This document shows, piece after piece, positions 30,362-40,832 of a stretch of 64,000 nucleotides of DNA (position 1 is the stretch's first letter; each line of letters begins with the position of its first letter). The notes below the pieces were generated by a model. That model was given only the letters and a program-made list of their open reading frames with translations. It was not told the origin of the DNA and did no database searches. The translations under genes were made by a program, and so were the position numbers. This DNA is from Nannocystis bainbridge (lineage in GTDB: Bacteria > Myxococcota_A > Polyangia > Nannocystales > Nannocystaceae), in the NCBI RefSeq assembly GCF_028368995.1, contig NZ_JAQNDL010000001.1:1152001-1216000 (forward strand), given 5' to 3'.

Positions 30362-32182
30362 ATGAACTCCCGTATCATCCTCCCCACAGCCCTCCTCCTT
30401 GCCTTTCCTGCCTGTGACGATCCCGACGCCCTGCAAGCCGAGGAGGCCCTCGAGCTCGACAGCGAAGCGGACGAGGACGGGGCCGAAGCCGGCGTCGGCT
30501 CGACCGGCGGCTTCGACCTCGTCGCCGCCCTGCGGCCGCAGACGATCGTCGGCGGCGATCCGGCCAGCGAGGGCGAGTACCCCTTCATGGTCTCGGTCAA
30601 CCTCACCGGCGTCGGCCACTGGTGCGGCGGCAGCCTGGTCGCGCCGCACTGGGTCTTGACCGCCGCGCATTGCGTCGACGGCCGCGCCCCCGGCAGCATC
30701 ACCACCGTCATCGGCCGTACCGACCTCGCCAACACCGCCACCGGCGAGACCCGCAACGTCAGCCGGATCGTCGTCCACCCGCGCTACAACACCGAGGCCG
30801 GCGACTACGACCACGACCTCGCACTGCTCGAGCTGTCCTCCGCGTCGACGCGCACCCCGATCGAGCTGGCCGCGCCGCACAGCGGCAGCGATCGCGCCTG
30901 GTGGATGCCCAACGCCCTCGCCACAGTGATCGGCTGGGGCGCCCTGTCGGAGGGCGGCCCGGGCACCGACCACCTGCAGGAGGTCGAGGTGCCGGTCCTC
31001 ACCGACGCCTACGCCGCCCAGGCCAGCGTCTACGGCGCGCGCTACAACCCGGCCGTCCACGTTGCCGCCGGTCCAGTCGCCGGCGGCCTGGACTCGTGCC
31101 AGGGCGACAGCGGCGGCCCGCTCCTGACCTGGACCGCCACCGGCCTGCAGCAGTTCGGCGTCGTCAGCTGGGGCGACGGTTGTGCGCGCCCCGACAAACC
31201 CGGCATCTACACCAAGATCGGCGCCCAGCGGCTGCACCGGTGGCTGCGCAGCGTCATCCACGAGTCCCCCGTAGTAGGCGACGTCAACGGCGACGGCCGC
31301 GACGACATTATCACCTTCACCCACGGCGACTCGAGCACTGGCCCGCTCGATGTCTACGTCGCCCTCTCCAATGGCAGCAGCTTCGGCGTCGGCCAGGTGT
31401 GGCAGGGCTGGTGGGCCCACCGCGGCCACACCGCCGGCGTCGGCGACTTCGACGGCGACGGCCGCGACGACATCTGGGCCTTCAGCGAGAGTCAGGTGTG
31501 GGTCGCCCTCTCGCGCGGCTACGACTTCAACGGCGCCATCTACAACAGCAGCGTCGGCACCACCGACATGGACGACATCGGCCGCGTCGCCGACGTCAAC
31601 GGCGACGGCCGCGACGACGCTGTCCTGTTCGCCGCCGACGGCACCGGCGACGTCCACGTCATGCTCTCGACCGGCGCGAGCTTCGGCGCCAAGACCAAAT
31701 GGCACGAGTACTTCGCCCCCGAGGGCGAGACGCCGATGCTCGCCGACGTCAACGCCGACGGCCGCGCCGACCTCATCACCTTCACCCAGAGCTTTCTCGG
31801 CGCCCAGGTCATCGTCGCCCTCTCCAACGGCTCGAGCTTCGGCACCCCCGCCGTGTGGACCTCGTGGTTCGCCCCCGCCGGCGAGGTGCCCGCAGTCGGC
31901 CACTTCAACGCCGACGCGCTCGCCGACATCGCCACTTTCGACCGCAACTACAACGTCTACGTCGGCACCTCCAACGGCACCAACAACTTCGCCTCCGCCC
32001 TCTGGACCTCGGGCTTCGGCGACTGGAATGACACCCTGACCGCCGGCGACGTCAACGGCGATGGCCGCGACGACCTCATCGCCTTCACCCAAGACCTGAA
32101 CGCCGACGTCTGGGTCGCCCTCTCCAACGGCGTCAGCGGCTTCGGCGCCTCGTACATCGCCCACAACTTCTTCGCCCCGTGA
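30362..32182 (+). CDS. Trypsin-like (S1) serine protease lipoprotein with FG-GAP/VCBS repeats
   Basis: Lipobox-like LLLAFPAC, IVGG, LTAAHC, DLALL, DSCQGDSGGP, and repeated GDVNGDGRDD motifs. Confidence 0.93.
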   Translation: MNSRIILPTALLLAFPACDDPDALQAEEALELDSEADEDGAEAGVGSTGGFDLVAALRPQTIVGGDPASEGEYPFMVSVNLTGVGHWCGGSLVAPHWVLTAAHCVDGRAPGSITTVIGRTDLANTATGETRNVSRIVVHPRYNTEAGDYDHDLALLELSSASTRTPIELAAPHSGSDRAWWMPNALATVIGWGALSEGGPGTDHLQEVEVPVLTDAYAAQASVYGARYNPAVHVAAGPVAGGLDSCQGDSGGPLLTWTATGLQQFGVVSWGDGCARPDKPGIYTKIGAQRLHRWLRSVIHESPVVGDVNGDGRDDIITFTHGDSSTGPLDVYVALSNGSSFGVGQVWQGWWAHRGHTAGVGDFDGDGRDDIWAFSESQVWVALSRGYDFNGAIYNSSVGTTDMDDIGRVADVNGDGRDDAVLFAADGTGDVHVMLSTGASFGAKTKWHEYFAPEGETPMLADVNADGRADLITFTQSFLGAQVIVALSNGSSFGTPAVWTSWFAPAGEVPAVGHFNADALADIATFDRNYNVYVGTSNGTNNFASALWTSGFGDWNDTLTAGDVNGDGRDDLIAFTQDLNADVWVALSNGVSGFGASYIAHNFFAP

Positions 32183-32194
32183 GCCCGTGACCCC

Positions 32195-32221
32195 AGGCCC
32201 GCGTCCCCGACGCGGGCCTTT
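32195..32221 (+). terminator. Intrinsic terminator after the protease gene
   Basis: aggcccgcgtc-ccc-gacgcgggcct followed by a short T run cut by the IS3 end. Confidence 0.65.
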
Positions 32222-32660
32222 GGGATTGCCCCGAAAACGTGGACACGTTGCTTATGCCGCTTGAGTCTGCGCCTGCTCTGCGTAGAAGCTCTCCTCGTAG
32301 GCGATCGGGGTCGAGTAGCCGATCGACGAGTGGCGACGCTGGCGACTGTAGAACACTTCGATCCACTCCGAGATGACCGTCCTCGCGCTCTCACGGGTGA
32401 GGAAGATCGTGCGGTGGACGAGCTCGGTCTTCAGCGTGCTGTTGAAGCTCTCGGCGACCGCGTTGTCCCAGCAGTTGCCCTTGCGGCTCATGCTGCTGGT
32501 CATGCCTGCCTGGCGTAGGGCCTCGCGGTAATCGTCTGCTGCGTACTGGGAGCCGCGGTCGGAGTGGAAGACCAGGCCCTCCAGGCGCATGCTGCTTTGC
32601 AGGTTGCGGCGGCGGAGGCCGTCGGCTTCGCAGTTGGCGAGGACCGCGAGGGCAAGATCA
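32221..32660 (-). mobile_element. IS3-family element remnant (transposase C-terminus and right end)
   Basis: FHSDRGSQY, SMSRKGNCWDNAVAESFNSTLKTE, RRHSSIGYSTP. End sequence gtgtccacgttttcggggcaatccca. Confidence 0.9.
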
Positions 32661-32887
32661 TCATCATGGGCGCCCTTCAACAGCCGAAGACCGACGCGAA
32701 CGGCTGGGTCTTCGCGATCCCGGGTCCGATGGGCGCGCCTGTATGGGAGGTCGTTCGCAACGGGCCAGGCCAGGGGCCGGACGAGGCCGCGGGCCTCGCG
32801 GTCGACGCGTGGGGCTACAGCGACATCGTCGGGAGCGAGTTTGACGCGTTGCAGCCGCGGGCGTTCGCGCTGCGCCTTTATCCGTAG
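32655..32887 (+). pseudogene. C-terminal remnant of a beta-propeller-type protein
   Basis: NGPGQGPDEAAGLAVDAWGY...LRLYP*; 5' part lost at the IS3 scar. Confidence 0.45.
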
Positions 32888-33134
32888 CGCGTCGATGACG
32901 AACGAGATCGGTGTGCGCGAGATCGAGGTCAGGAATCACGGGCGCACCGCTGGCGCGTCCTCCTGGTGACGGAGAAGGGGCCTGTCCTAACGGTCACAGT
33001 CGCGCCGCGCGAGTGCACCAGCGCGATCGTCGGCGTCGAGCGCGACCCAGCTACATGAGAAGATAGCCGCCGAGATGAAGATACTGGCTGTGGACAACCA
33101 CAAGGGCGGCGGCGCCCGGGAACAGGGACGCTCC

Positions 33135-36100
33135 ATGAAGCACGCACCGACCGACTGCAACCCGGCCTGGGAACACGCAGAGCGGCAAGCTCGCGACTGG
33201 GCCGCCCGCGTCGGCCTCGTCACCACCGACCGCGACCGCCGCCGGCTGGCGAAGATGGGTCAGGGACGCATGGCCGGCTGGCTCGCGCCGCACGCGGATC
33301 CAGGCGAGCTCGCCCTGCTCGCGCAGTGGGGTGCTTTCATCGCCCTCGTCGACGACACCTACGACCGCGACTCGCAAGCCGGGCCCGCGCAGGTCGACGA
33401 CTTGATGGATCGGCTCGTCGCCATCGTGACCCACTCCTCGGTCGACCACGACACCTCGATCCCGGCGGTCCGGGCCCTCACGGATCTATGGCCGCGCTCG
33501 GTGGCAGGGACCGCTCGCGGGTGGGCCCCGAGGTTCGCCGAACACTACCGGCGGTTCGCCGACGCGACCCGCGAGGAGGCGCGCCTGCGGGCCGGCGGTG
33601 TCCGCCTCGACCTGAAGCGGTACCTCGAGCTGCGCCGCCATACGATCACCGCGATGCCCGTGCTCGACCTGATCGAGCGCACCCTCCCGGCCGAGGCCGA
33701 CGTCCTCGACAAATTGCGGTGGATGGTCGTCGACGCGATCGCGTGGACCAACGACCTCGCCTCGGCCGAGCGCGAGCTGGCCGAGGGCACCGACAACCTC
33801 GTCAGCGTGGTCGCTCGCGAGCACCGCTGCGACCGCCACGAGGCCGCCGCGATCGTCCGCGCCATGCTCGACGAACGCATGGACGACTTCGACGACGCCG
33901 CCGCCGCTCTGACCGCCGCGGGCCCGTGGCAGGCCGGACTCGGCCCCCGCGTCGCGCTCCTCCGGGCCGCGCGCGACGGCTCACTCGCCTGGCAGGGCGA
34001 GACCCACCGCAACCGCACCGAGCCCAGCGACGCCCGCGGCCCTCGCTCCGTCCCGGGCGTCGACCCGCTGATCCGCCACCTGATGCCCGCCGTCGCCGCC
34101 GACGGGGCCGTCCGCGACCGCTGCGCCAGCCGCGTCCTCGAGACCGCGCTGCTGCTTTCCCTGCTCCGCGCCACCGATACCCACCCGGCCGAGCAAGAGC
34201 TCGCCGCCCGCTACCTGCGAGCCCGTCGCTCCGACGCCGACGCCCTCGACGCCCTCCTGATCGACGCCTGCCTCGACCCCAAGACCACCGCGCCGCGGGC
34301 CGTCGCCGCCGCCGCCGCGCTACCGCTGCCGCTGAGCCGCGGCACCGCCGGCCGCGGCCAGCTCAAGTTCGCAATGCTGCGGGTGGTGCTCCACTTGTTG
34401 TGCGGCGCGCCCGTGGGCGACCTCGAGATCCCCCCACTCTCCACGACCGACGAGATCACGACCTTCACCGAGGTTCACCGGCTCGTCCTCCGCATCGTCC
34501 AGGCGCCACACCTCCATGCGGTGTCCACCGGCGAGGTCGAGCGGCTGCTCGACCTGCTCGGCACCAGCCGCAATCGCGTGCTATGGGAGGCCAGCGCCAC
34601 GACCCACCTGCTCGGCCTCCACGCCGTGCGCAGGTTCCGTCCGACCCACCGCGTGATCGCCGACGGCCTTCTGCGCCTGACGCTCGCGCAGAACCCCGAC
34701 GGCGGCCTGCCCTTCCTCGACAGCCAGGACCTGTGGCTCGCGGCCGTCGCCGGGCTCGCCTTCCTCCACCACGCCCGCCTGCGCCCGCTCACCCGCCGCA
34801 TGGCGGCGTTCGTCGCCGCCTGGCAGGCGCGTGACGGCGGCTGGCCGTTCGCCTCCGGCATGATGCAGACCGACGTCGATACGGCGACCCGCTGCATGGA
34901 GTTCCTGCGGGCCGCCGATGTTCATCGCTACCGCGTCCAGCTCGACCGCGGCGCCGCCTACCTCGCGCGCATGGCCGGGCCGACCGGCGGGTTCCCGACG
35001 TGGGTCCGCGGCGAAGCCCCCGACCTCGACATGACCGCGGGTGCGATCCTCGCCCTCGCGCCCGATGGTCAGCGCCACCGCGACTTGCTCGTCGCCGCCA
35101 CCGACTTCGTCCTCGCCGCGCAGTTGCCCGACGGCACGTTCGAGCGCAGTTGGACGCTCAGCGAGGCCAGCGCGATCCTCCGCGTCGTCGACGCCCTCGA
35201 CGCAGTGCGCAGCAGTTCGTCCCCCGTGGTGGTCGACCGGATCGCCGCCGCGATCCAGCGGGCGGTGGCCCGGCTCGCCGCCACCCAGAACCACGACGGA
35301 GGCTGGGGCCGAACACCCGATGCGGACAGCGACGTCCTCTCGACCGCCCAGGCCCTCCCCGTCGTCGTCCGCCACGGCGACCCGGGCCACGCCGCGCGCG
35401 CGCTCGCCTATCTGCTCGCGCGCCAGGATTCCGACGGCGGGTTCACCTCGATCCCCGACCAGGTCGGGCCGCGCCCGCTGCCGTTCGACTTCCCGGTTCT
35501 GGCCGACATCCACGTCCTGACGGCCCTCCAGCGGTCCGCCGAGCTCACCAACACCGCGGCCCTCGCCGGCCGCGCGCCGCGGATCGGAGACCCTGACTGG
35601 TCCGCGCTCGCCTCGCGGATCCGCGGCGTCGTCGTGCGCCCGCGCGACCCCACGTACGAGCAGGGGCGTCTGCTCGTCAACCAGCGCTACGACGACGTCC
35701 GCCCGCAGGCCCTCGTCTACCCGGCCTGCGTCGAGGACGTCGTTGCGGTCGTGCGGTTCGCCCACGACCGCAGCGTCCGCCTCGCGCTGCGCTCCGGCGG
35801 GCACAGCTACGCCGGCTACTCGACGGGACCCGGCCTCGTGCTCGACGTCGGCTCGCTCAACACGACGAGCGTCGGCGGCGGCCGGGCCCTGTTCGGCGCC
35901 GGGGTCAAGGGCATGCAGGCCCACCTCGCCCTCGCGGCCGCTGGCGCCGGGCTGCCGCTCGGACGCTGCCCGTCGATCGGCCTGGCCGGCGTGACCCTCG
36001 GCGGCGGCCTGAGCGCGTTCACCCGCGCGTGGGGCCTGGCCTGCGATCACCTGCGCAGCGTCGAGATCGTCACCGCGGACGGCCGGATCCGCCGCGTCGG

Positions 36101-36992
36101 CCCATGCTCCGAGCCGCCCGACGACGACCTGTTCTGGGCCCTGTGCGGTGGCGGCGGCGGCAACTTCGGCGTCGTCACCTCCCTCGAGTTCGCCACCGAG
36201 GTCACCCGCGACCGCCACTTCGCCAGCTTCATCCTCACCTGGCCCGCCACCGACACGGCCGCCGTGATCCGCGGCTGGACGCTCTGGAACGCCGACCAGG
36301 GCACGCCCCGCACCCTCAGGAGCGCGTTCGAGCAGCTCAGCGACGCCGGCGCTCCTTCGCTGCCCACCGTGACCGGCACCTTCATCGGCACCCCCGACGC
36401 CCTGCAGCCTGCGCTGGACCGCCTGATCGCCGCCGTCGGCCGCTCCGAGGTCCAACGCCTGATCACCCCGTGCAGCTACATCCAGGCCGCCACCGAGGCG
36501 GAGCGGTGGGGCGGCGGGACCTGGGGCGCCCGCGTCGCCTTCGCCGCCAAGTCGCACATCGTCCGCCGGCCGATGTCCCCCGCCGCCGCCCACGACATGG
36601 CCGAATCGCTCATGCAGCTCCACAGCCTCACCGGCGTCGGAGGCGCCAGCGGCCTGCTGATCGACGGGCTCGGCGGGGCCGTCGGCGATCGCTCCGCCGA
36701 CGCGACCGCCTTCCCGCACCGCACCGCCGTCGGCGTCGTCCAATACCACTCCTACTGGACCGCGCTCACCGACCGCACACACGTCGAGCGGCGCATCCAG
36801 TGGTTGCGCGCCATCCACGCCGTCATGCAGACCCACCTCGGCGTCGGCGGCTACACCAACGGCATGGACCCCGAGCTGCGCGACTGGCCCGCCGCCTACC
36901 ACGGCGACAACTACTCGCGGCTGCAGCGGGTCAAGGCCACCGTCGACCCCGCGCAGTTCTTCGACTTCCCGCAGGCCGTCACACCGCGGTGA
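33135..36992 (+). CDS. Three-domain fusion: class I terpene synthase, class II cyclase-like (prenyltransferase/squalene-cyclase repeats) and BBE-like FAD oxidoreductase
   Basis: DDTYD and NDLASAERE; DVDTA with QxxDGG[WFL] repeats; RSGGHSY, GRCPSIG, GGGGGNFGVVT, NYSRLQRVKATVDP. One uninterrupted frame. Confidence 0.9.
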   Translation: MKHAPTDCNPAWEHAERQARDWAARVGLVTTDRDRRRLAKMGQGRMAGWLAPHADPGELALLAQWGAFIALVDDTYDRDSQAGPAQVDDLMDRLVAIVTHSSVDHDTSIPAVRALTDLWPRSVAGTARGWAPRFAEHYRRFADATREEARLRAGGVRLDLKRYLELRRHTITAMPVLDLIERTLPAEADVLDKLRWMVVDAIAWTNDLASAERELAEGTDNLVSVVAREHRCDRHEAAAIVRAMLDERMDDFDDAAAALTAAGPWQAGLGPRVALLRAARDGSLAWQGETHRNRTEPSDARGPRSVPGVDPLIRHLMPAVAADGAVRDRCASRVLETALLLSLLRATDTHPAEQELAARYLRARRSDADALDALLIDACLDPKTTAPRAVAAAAALPLPLSRGTAGRGQLKFAMLRVVLHLLCGAPVGDLEIPPLSTTDEITTFTEVHRLVLRIVQAPHLHAVSTGEVERLLDLLGTSRNRVLWEASATTHLLGLHAVRRFRPTHRVIADGLLRLTLAQNPDGGLPFLDSQDLWLAAVAGLAFLHHARLRPLTRRMAAFVAAWQARDGGWPFASGMMQTDVDTATRCMEFLRAADVHRYRVQLDRGAAYLARMAGPTGGFPTWVRGEAPDLDMTAGAILALAPDGQRHRDLLVAATDFVLAAQLPDGTFERSWTLSEASAILRVVDALDAVRSSSSPVVVDRIAAAIQRAVARLAATQNHDGGWGRTPDADSDVLSTAQALPVVVRHGDPGHAARALAYLLARQDSDGGFTSIPDQVGPRPLPFDFPVLADIHVLTALQRSAELTNTAALAGRAPRIGDPDWSALASRIRGVVVRPRDPTYEQGRLLVNQRYDDVRPQALVYPACVEDVVAVVRFAHDRSVRLALRSGGHSYAGYSTGPGLVLDVGSLNTTSVGGGRALFGAGVKGMQAHLALAAAGAGLPLGRCPSIGLAGVTLGGGLSAFTRAWGLACDHLRSVEIVTADGRIRRVGPCSEPPDDDLFWALCGGGGGNFGVVTSLEFATEVTRDRHFASFILTWPATDTAAVIRGWTLWNADQGTPRTLRSAFEQLSDAGAPSLPTVTGTFIGTPDALQPALDRLIAAVGRSEVQRLITPCSYIQAATEAERWGGGTWGARVAFAAKSHIVRRPMSPAAAHDMAESLMQLHSLTGVGGASGLLIDGLGGAVGDRSADATAFPHRTAVGVVQYHSYWTALTDRTHVERRIQWLRAIHAVMQTHLGVGGYTNGMDPELRDWPAAYHGDNYSRLQRVKATVDPAQFFDFPQAVTPR

Positions 36993-37029
36993 CGGGAGCC
37001 GCAATGCCCGGGCGGTCTGGAGCGAGTGG

Positions 37030-39576
37030 CTATCGCCACAGCACGACCAGGCCGGCGAAAGTCGCCGCGTGCTGGCGCTGGGCGTTCGCTCCCGCGGAGC
37101 TGGCGTCGCCGAGCACGTGCGCGCTGGCCGGTCGGCGATCGTACCACTCCGGCACCAACCCGTCCGGCCGAATTCCCGCTTCGAACTTCTTAAGCGCGAT
37201 CGTAAGCCACGATCCGCAACTCTTCGAGTGGCCTAGCCCGGATTTCTGACCACGGTGACGACGGAGAGCGCGGCGGTCGCGGTCATGACCTCGCGGACGG
37301 GGCCTCACGCCCGACGCTGAGGTCGTCGAGGGCCGAGCTCGGCCCAAAGCACCGACCGGACTCGTCGAGGCGGCGAGGAGCGACCGTCGCGCGCGACAAA
37401 GCGCGCGCGACGGCCGGGCCGCGTGATCAGCCCTGTGCGAGCTGAGCGACCGCTTCGTCTCGTTGGCGGCGAAGGCGGCGCTTCTCTTGCGGTGATACTC
37501 GTAGACGTGAGCGGGCAGCTCGGGGTCCTCGACGAAGTCGACGAGCTCGGGGACGCACAGCGCGACGACCTTCTCGAGGGCGGCCTTGCGTTCGGATGCC
37601 GACCGGGCGGTGCGCGCGTGCCCGGCCCACGCAAACACGTTGTCGGGTTGAACCTCGACCGCCAGCGAATAGCAGGCCGCCTCGAAGGCCGCGTCGGTCG
37701 GACCACGCTCGACGAGCGGGGGATCGCCGTAGTCGTTCCACGGCACTGCACGTACGGCTTCGGCGGACTCTTTGTCCCACATCGCGTCGAGCGCCGTTCG
37801 AAGCGAGGCGAGCGCCTCTGCGTCGCGGCCGAGCCGGTGCAGCGCGAGCACATGCCATTGGCAGCCGAGGTGATGGGTATGGTCCGAGCCCAGCGCCTCG
37901 AGCAGTCCTGCGCCGGCTTCGCGCGCGGCCTGCCAGTCGCCCTGGGCGATGGCGTACGCCACCGCGCGGTCCCAGAAGACCGCCTTGCTAGTCTCGGCCC
38001 AGCGGTCTGTCAGCGTGCTCGGAATTTCACCGATGGACCTCGCCAGGGCGATGAGGTCTTTCACCTTCGCCGCGCCTTCGAGCGTATCGACACGATCCGA
38101 TTCGAGCACCGCACGCGCCTTTCGTATGATGGTCTGGGCGCGGTGCTCGTTGAAACGAATGAGCTTCTCGTCGCTGCACAGCGCGATCAGGTGGTTGAGC
38201 GCGGACGCGCGCTCTTCGGGGGTCGGCGCCTCCGACCCGAGCTGCCACCAAAGCTCCAAGTTGTTGGGAAAGCTCTCGACGGCGTGCTTCAAGCAGCGAT
38301 GGCGAAACGCCGGCGAGACGTCGGTGGGGATCTTATTCGCGGGATAGTTCTTCATCTCGTTCCCCGAGAGCGCCGTGACCACCATCGCAAACGCCTGCTC
38401 GTCGCGACCGAGCTTGTGCAGCGCCGTGGCGAGGCGTGTCCCCACGCGCGGGCGATCTCTCGAGGGGGTCAGGCGCTCGGCAGTGGCTCCGGCTTCCGCC
38501 GCCAACGACCAGTCGTTCAGATCCTCGGCTGCGGACATGACCTCGCACCAGAGATCGGCCTCTGCGGGATGCTTCCGCGCGAGCGGCAGCGCCAGCGCGA
38601 GCTTCTCGTTTGCCCGCTTCAGCTCGCCGATGGCCTTGAGCGCCTTCTTGAGCTCCTTGGCCGGCATCTTGGGCAGCCCGACGTTCTTGGCGTTGGCATA
38701 GAGCTCGTCGTACTTCTCCTGGAGCTCCTCGTCTTCCTCGCGCGTCTCCTGATCGAGCAGGCCCTTCTTGGCGAGCGCCGTGAGCAGCTCGAGAAAGACG
38801 TCGAACGAGGTGAACTCCCGCCCGGCCCCCGTCTCGTGGTCGTAGAACAAGATCTGACCGGGCGTGCCGCCGTCGAGCGAGCCCGTGGGGTCGAAGCAGT
38901 ACAGCTGCCCGTCGCCGTCGGCCATGAACGGCACCCAGCTCTCGGTCCAGGCCCCCGCTTTTTGCCTCCACTCTGGCTTCTCGGCGAGGATGCCATTCAT
39001 CATCGACCGCGTCTTCTCGATCTCGGCGATCGGCAGCAGCCGATAACAATCGAAGAGCTCGGCCTCGGTGCCGTCGTGGGCCGTGTAGATGGCCAGGAGC
39101 GTCGCGGGCACCTCGTGCCCACGCAGGACCTTCAGCAGGTCCTCGGACGCCGCCGGACGCAGCTGCGCGGCGACCTGCTTGTGCTTCTTCCGGAGCGCCT
39201 CGAGGAACGCATCGACCGGGGGCGAGCCGGACGCGCCCCGTGGCGCCTGCGCGGCTGCTTTGGCGGCCGGCGCCTTGCTCGCGCCAGCCTTCGGCGCGTG
39301 GCTCGCGGGTGCGCTCGTTGCCCCCGCGACGCTCGGCGCGGCTGGCTCGCTCGGCCCTGTCGTCGTGGTCTCGACGTACCCCTTCTTGGTCTTCTCGGCG
39401 ATGAGCTTGGATGCTTGCCGCTGCGCCTCGTCAGCGTCGCCAAACGTCTTGTCCTTCGCGCTGCCGGCCGTGCCGACGCGCCCAAAGCACACGGTCATGC
39501 AGTCGCCCTCGACCGTAACCTCCCAGAATTTTTTCGAGGTGCCCTCGACGAACTCGAACCGACGCGTTGCTGCCAT
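37030..39576 (-). CDS. WGR domain, SMI1/KNR4 (SUKH) domain and TPR-like helical repeats; C-terminus probably truncated near 37450
   Basis: RRFEFVEGTSKKFWEV...FGRVG...KTKKGY (WGR); LRPAASE...IYTAHDG...WVPFMADGDGQLYCFD...GQILFYDHE (SMI1). The last ~130 codons look non-coding. Confidence 0.8.
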   Translation of the reverse strand: MAATRRFEFVEGTSKKFWEVTVEGDCMTVCFGRVGTAGSAKDKTFGDADEAQRQASKLIAEKTKKGYVETTTTGPSEPAAPSVAGATSAPASHAPKAGASKAPAAKAAAQAPRGASGSPPVDAFLEALRKKHKQVAAQLRPAASEDLLKVLRGHEVPATLLAIYTAHDGTEAELFDCYRLLPIAEIEKTRSMMNGILAEKPEWRQKAGAWTESWVPFMADGDGQLYCFDPTGSLDGGTPGQILFYDHETGAGREFTSFDVFLELLTALAKKGLLDQETREEDEELQEKYDELYANAKNVGLPKMPAKELKKALKAIGELKRANEKLALALPLARKHPAEADLWCEVMSAAEDLNDWSLAAEAGATAERLTPSRDRPRVGTRLATALHKLGRDEQAFAMVVTALSGNEMKNYPANKIPTDVSPAFRHRCLKHAVESFPNNLELWWQLGSEAPTPEERASALNHLIALCSDEKLIRFNEHRAQTIIRKARAVLESDRVDTLEGAAKVKDLIALARSIGEIPSTLTDRWAETSKAVFWDRAVAYAIAQGDWQAAREAGAGLLEALGSDHTHHLGCQWHVLALHRLGRDAEALASLRTALDAMWDKESAEAVRAVPWNDYGDPPLVERGPTDAAFEAACYSLAVEVQPDNVFAWAGHARTARSASERKAALEKVVALCVPELVDFVEDPELPAHVYEYHRKRSAAFAANETKRSLSSHRADHAARPSRALCRARRSLLAASTSPVGALGRARPSTTSASGVRPRPRGHDRDRRALRRHRGQKSGLGHSKSCGSWLTIALKKFEAGIRPDGLVPEWYDRRPASAHVLGDASSAGANAQRQHAATFAGLVVLWR

Positions 39577-39684
39577 GGCCTTCCTCTACTCCAAGACGAC
39601 CCGCCCGAGAATCATTTTTGAGGTCGAGCGGACCGCCCGTGATTTGGATCCACGATTGCTTGCTACCCAGGGGTACGGCCGGAA

Positions 39685-39865
39685 CACGACAAGGTGTATC
39701 CGCGCCGAGTTCGAATTTCAACCTGCCGGACGGCGGTTCGACGCCGGACGGGTCAGCTCCGACGGCGGTTTGCTGCTGCTGCGCGAGCTGACCAAGAGTT
39801 CGGGTGTGTTTCGAAGGTTCGCGTCCTGCTTCCGAGACTACCGCGACCCGAGCCGCATCGAGCGG
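39685..39865 (+). mobile_element. IS1380-family transposase N-terminal fragment
   Basis: FDAGRVSSDGGLLLLRE...FASCFRDYRDPSRIE. Confidence 0.8.
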
Positions 39866-40006
39866 CGCGCGAGGATCCGCGGCTCCGACATCGGCCGCTG
39901 CGAGCGTTCGAGCCGGAGCGCCATGACCCTTCGGACAGCTCCGAAGGGTCATCGACAATTCATGCGCAGGCTCCTAGCCGGCGAAGCGGTGGTGAGCGGC
40001 CTCGCA

Positions 40007-40690
40007 TCAATTCGCGGCGCCGCTGCGCACCGCCTCGACCGTCGCCTCAGCGCCCGCGAGTTTGCCGACCAGGACGATCGCGCCGCAGCGGCCGTCGAGC
40101 GTCGCCACCGTGCGCGCGAGCGCCTTCTCGACGCAGGCGTTGGCCGCCGGCGAGCCGCCGCTGGCCGCCACGTCGCGCGTCTTGCCGCCGGCGAAGGTCC
40201 AGGTCGCCGCGAACGCTTGACCGGCTGGCGCGCACTTGTCGAGCGCGCGCCGCTGCTTCGCCAGCGACCCGGCGATGACGAGCGCGCCAAGCATCGGCAT
40301 ACCACCCATCACACCGCACATCAGGTCGCGCAGCTCGAGCCCGTCGGCGGCGATCGACCCGACCGTGAGATTGGCCTTGGCGATGAACGCGGGGCTCCTT
40401 GGCGCGCGCGCGGCCTTGGCCTGGCAGCCCTGCGCATCACCGAGCGCGCACGCCTTGTCGATGAACGCGGTCGTCGCTGCGGGATCGACGGCGACGCCGA
40501 GCCCCTTGTCGTGGACCACCGCGGCGATCAGACAGCCGACCGAGTTGCCGCGCTCGCACGCGCCGGTCGCCACGGCCAGCGCGCGCGTGGGATCCTGCGC
40601 CGCACCGCCGCTGCCGTTGAGCATGATCGTCGCCGCGCCCATGCAGGCCTCGGGATCACCCTGCTCGCACCGGGAGTCGCAGCCTAACGA
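40007..40690 (-). pseudogene. Sel1-like repeat protein, 5' truncated
   Basis: CEQGDPEAC, ACERGNSVGC, KACALGDAQGC; no plausible start. Confidence 0.65.
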
Positions 40691-40832
40691 GGCCGCTGTG
40701 CGGACGTAGGGGATGGGGCGTGCGTCGAGCCGCCGAGAGTACACGTCGAGGAAGGCGCAGACCCTATATCGTCGTCGCGCACAAGCTCGGCAAGGGCTTG
40801 CGCGCGCGCGCGAGCTTTGGCAAGGTCCGCCG

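Noticed and set aside
30326-32164. 612-aa minus-strand ORF
   Set aside because: Antisense shadow of the trypsin/FG-GAP gene caused by GC3 bias.
34581-37004. 807-aa minus-strand ORF
   Set aside because: Antisense shadow of the terpene fusion gene; no motifs.
39089-40687. 532-aa plus-strand ORF
   Set aside because: Antisense to the WGR and Sel1 genes apart from the short IS1380 fragment.
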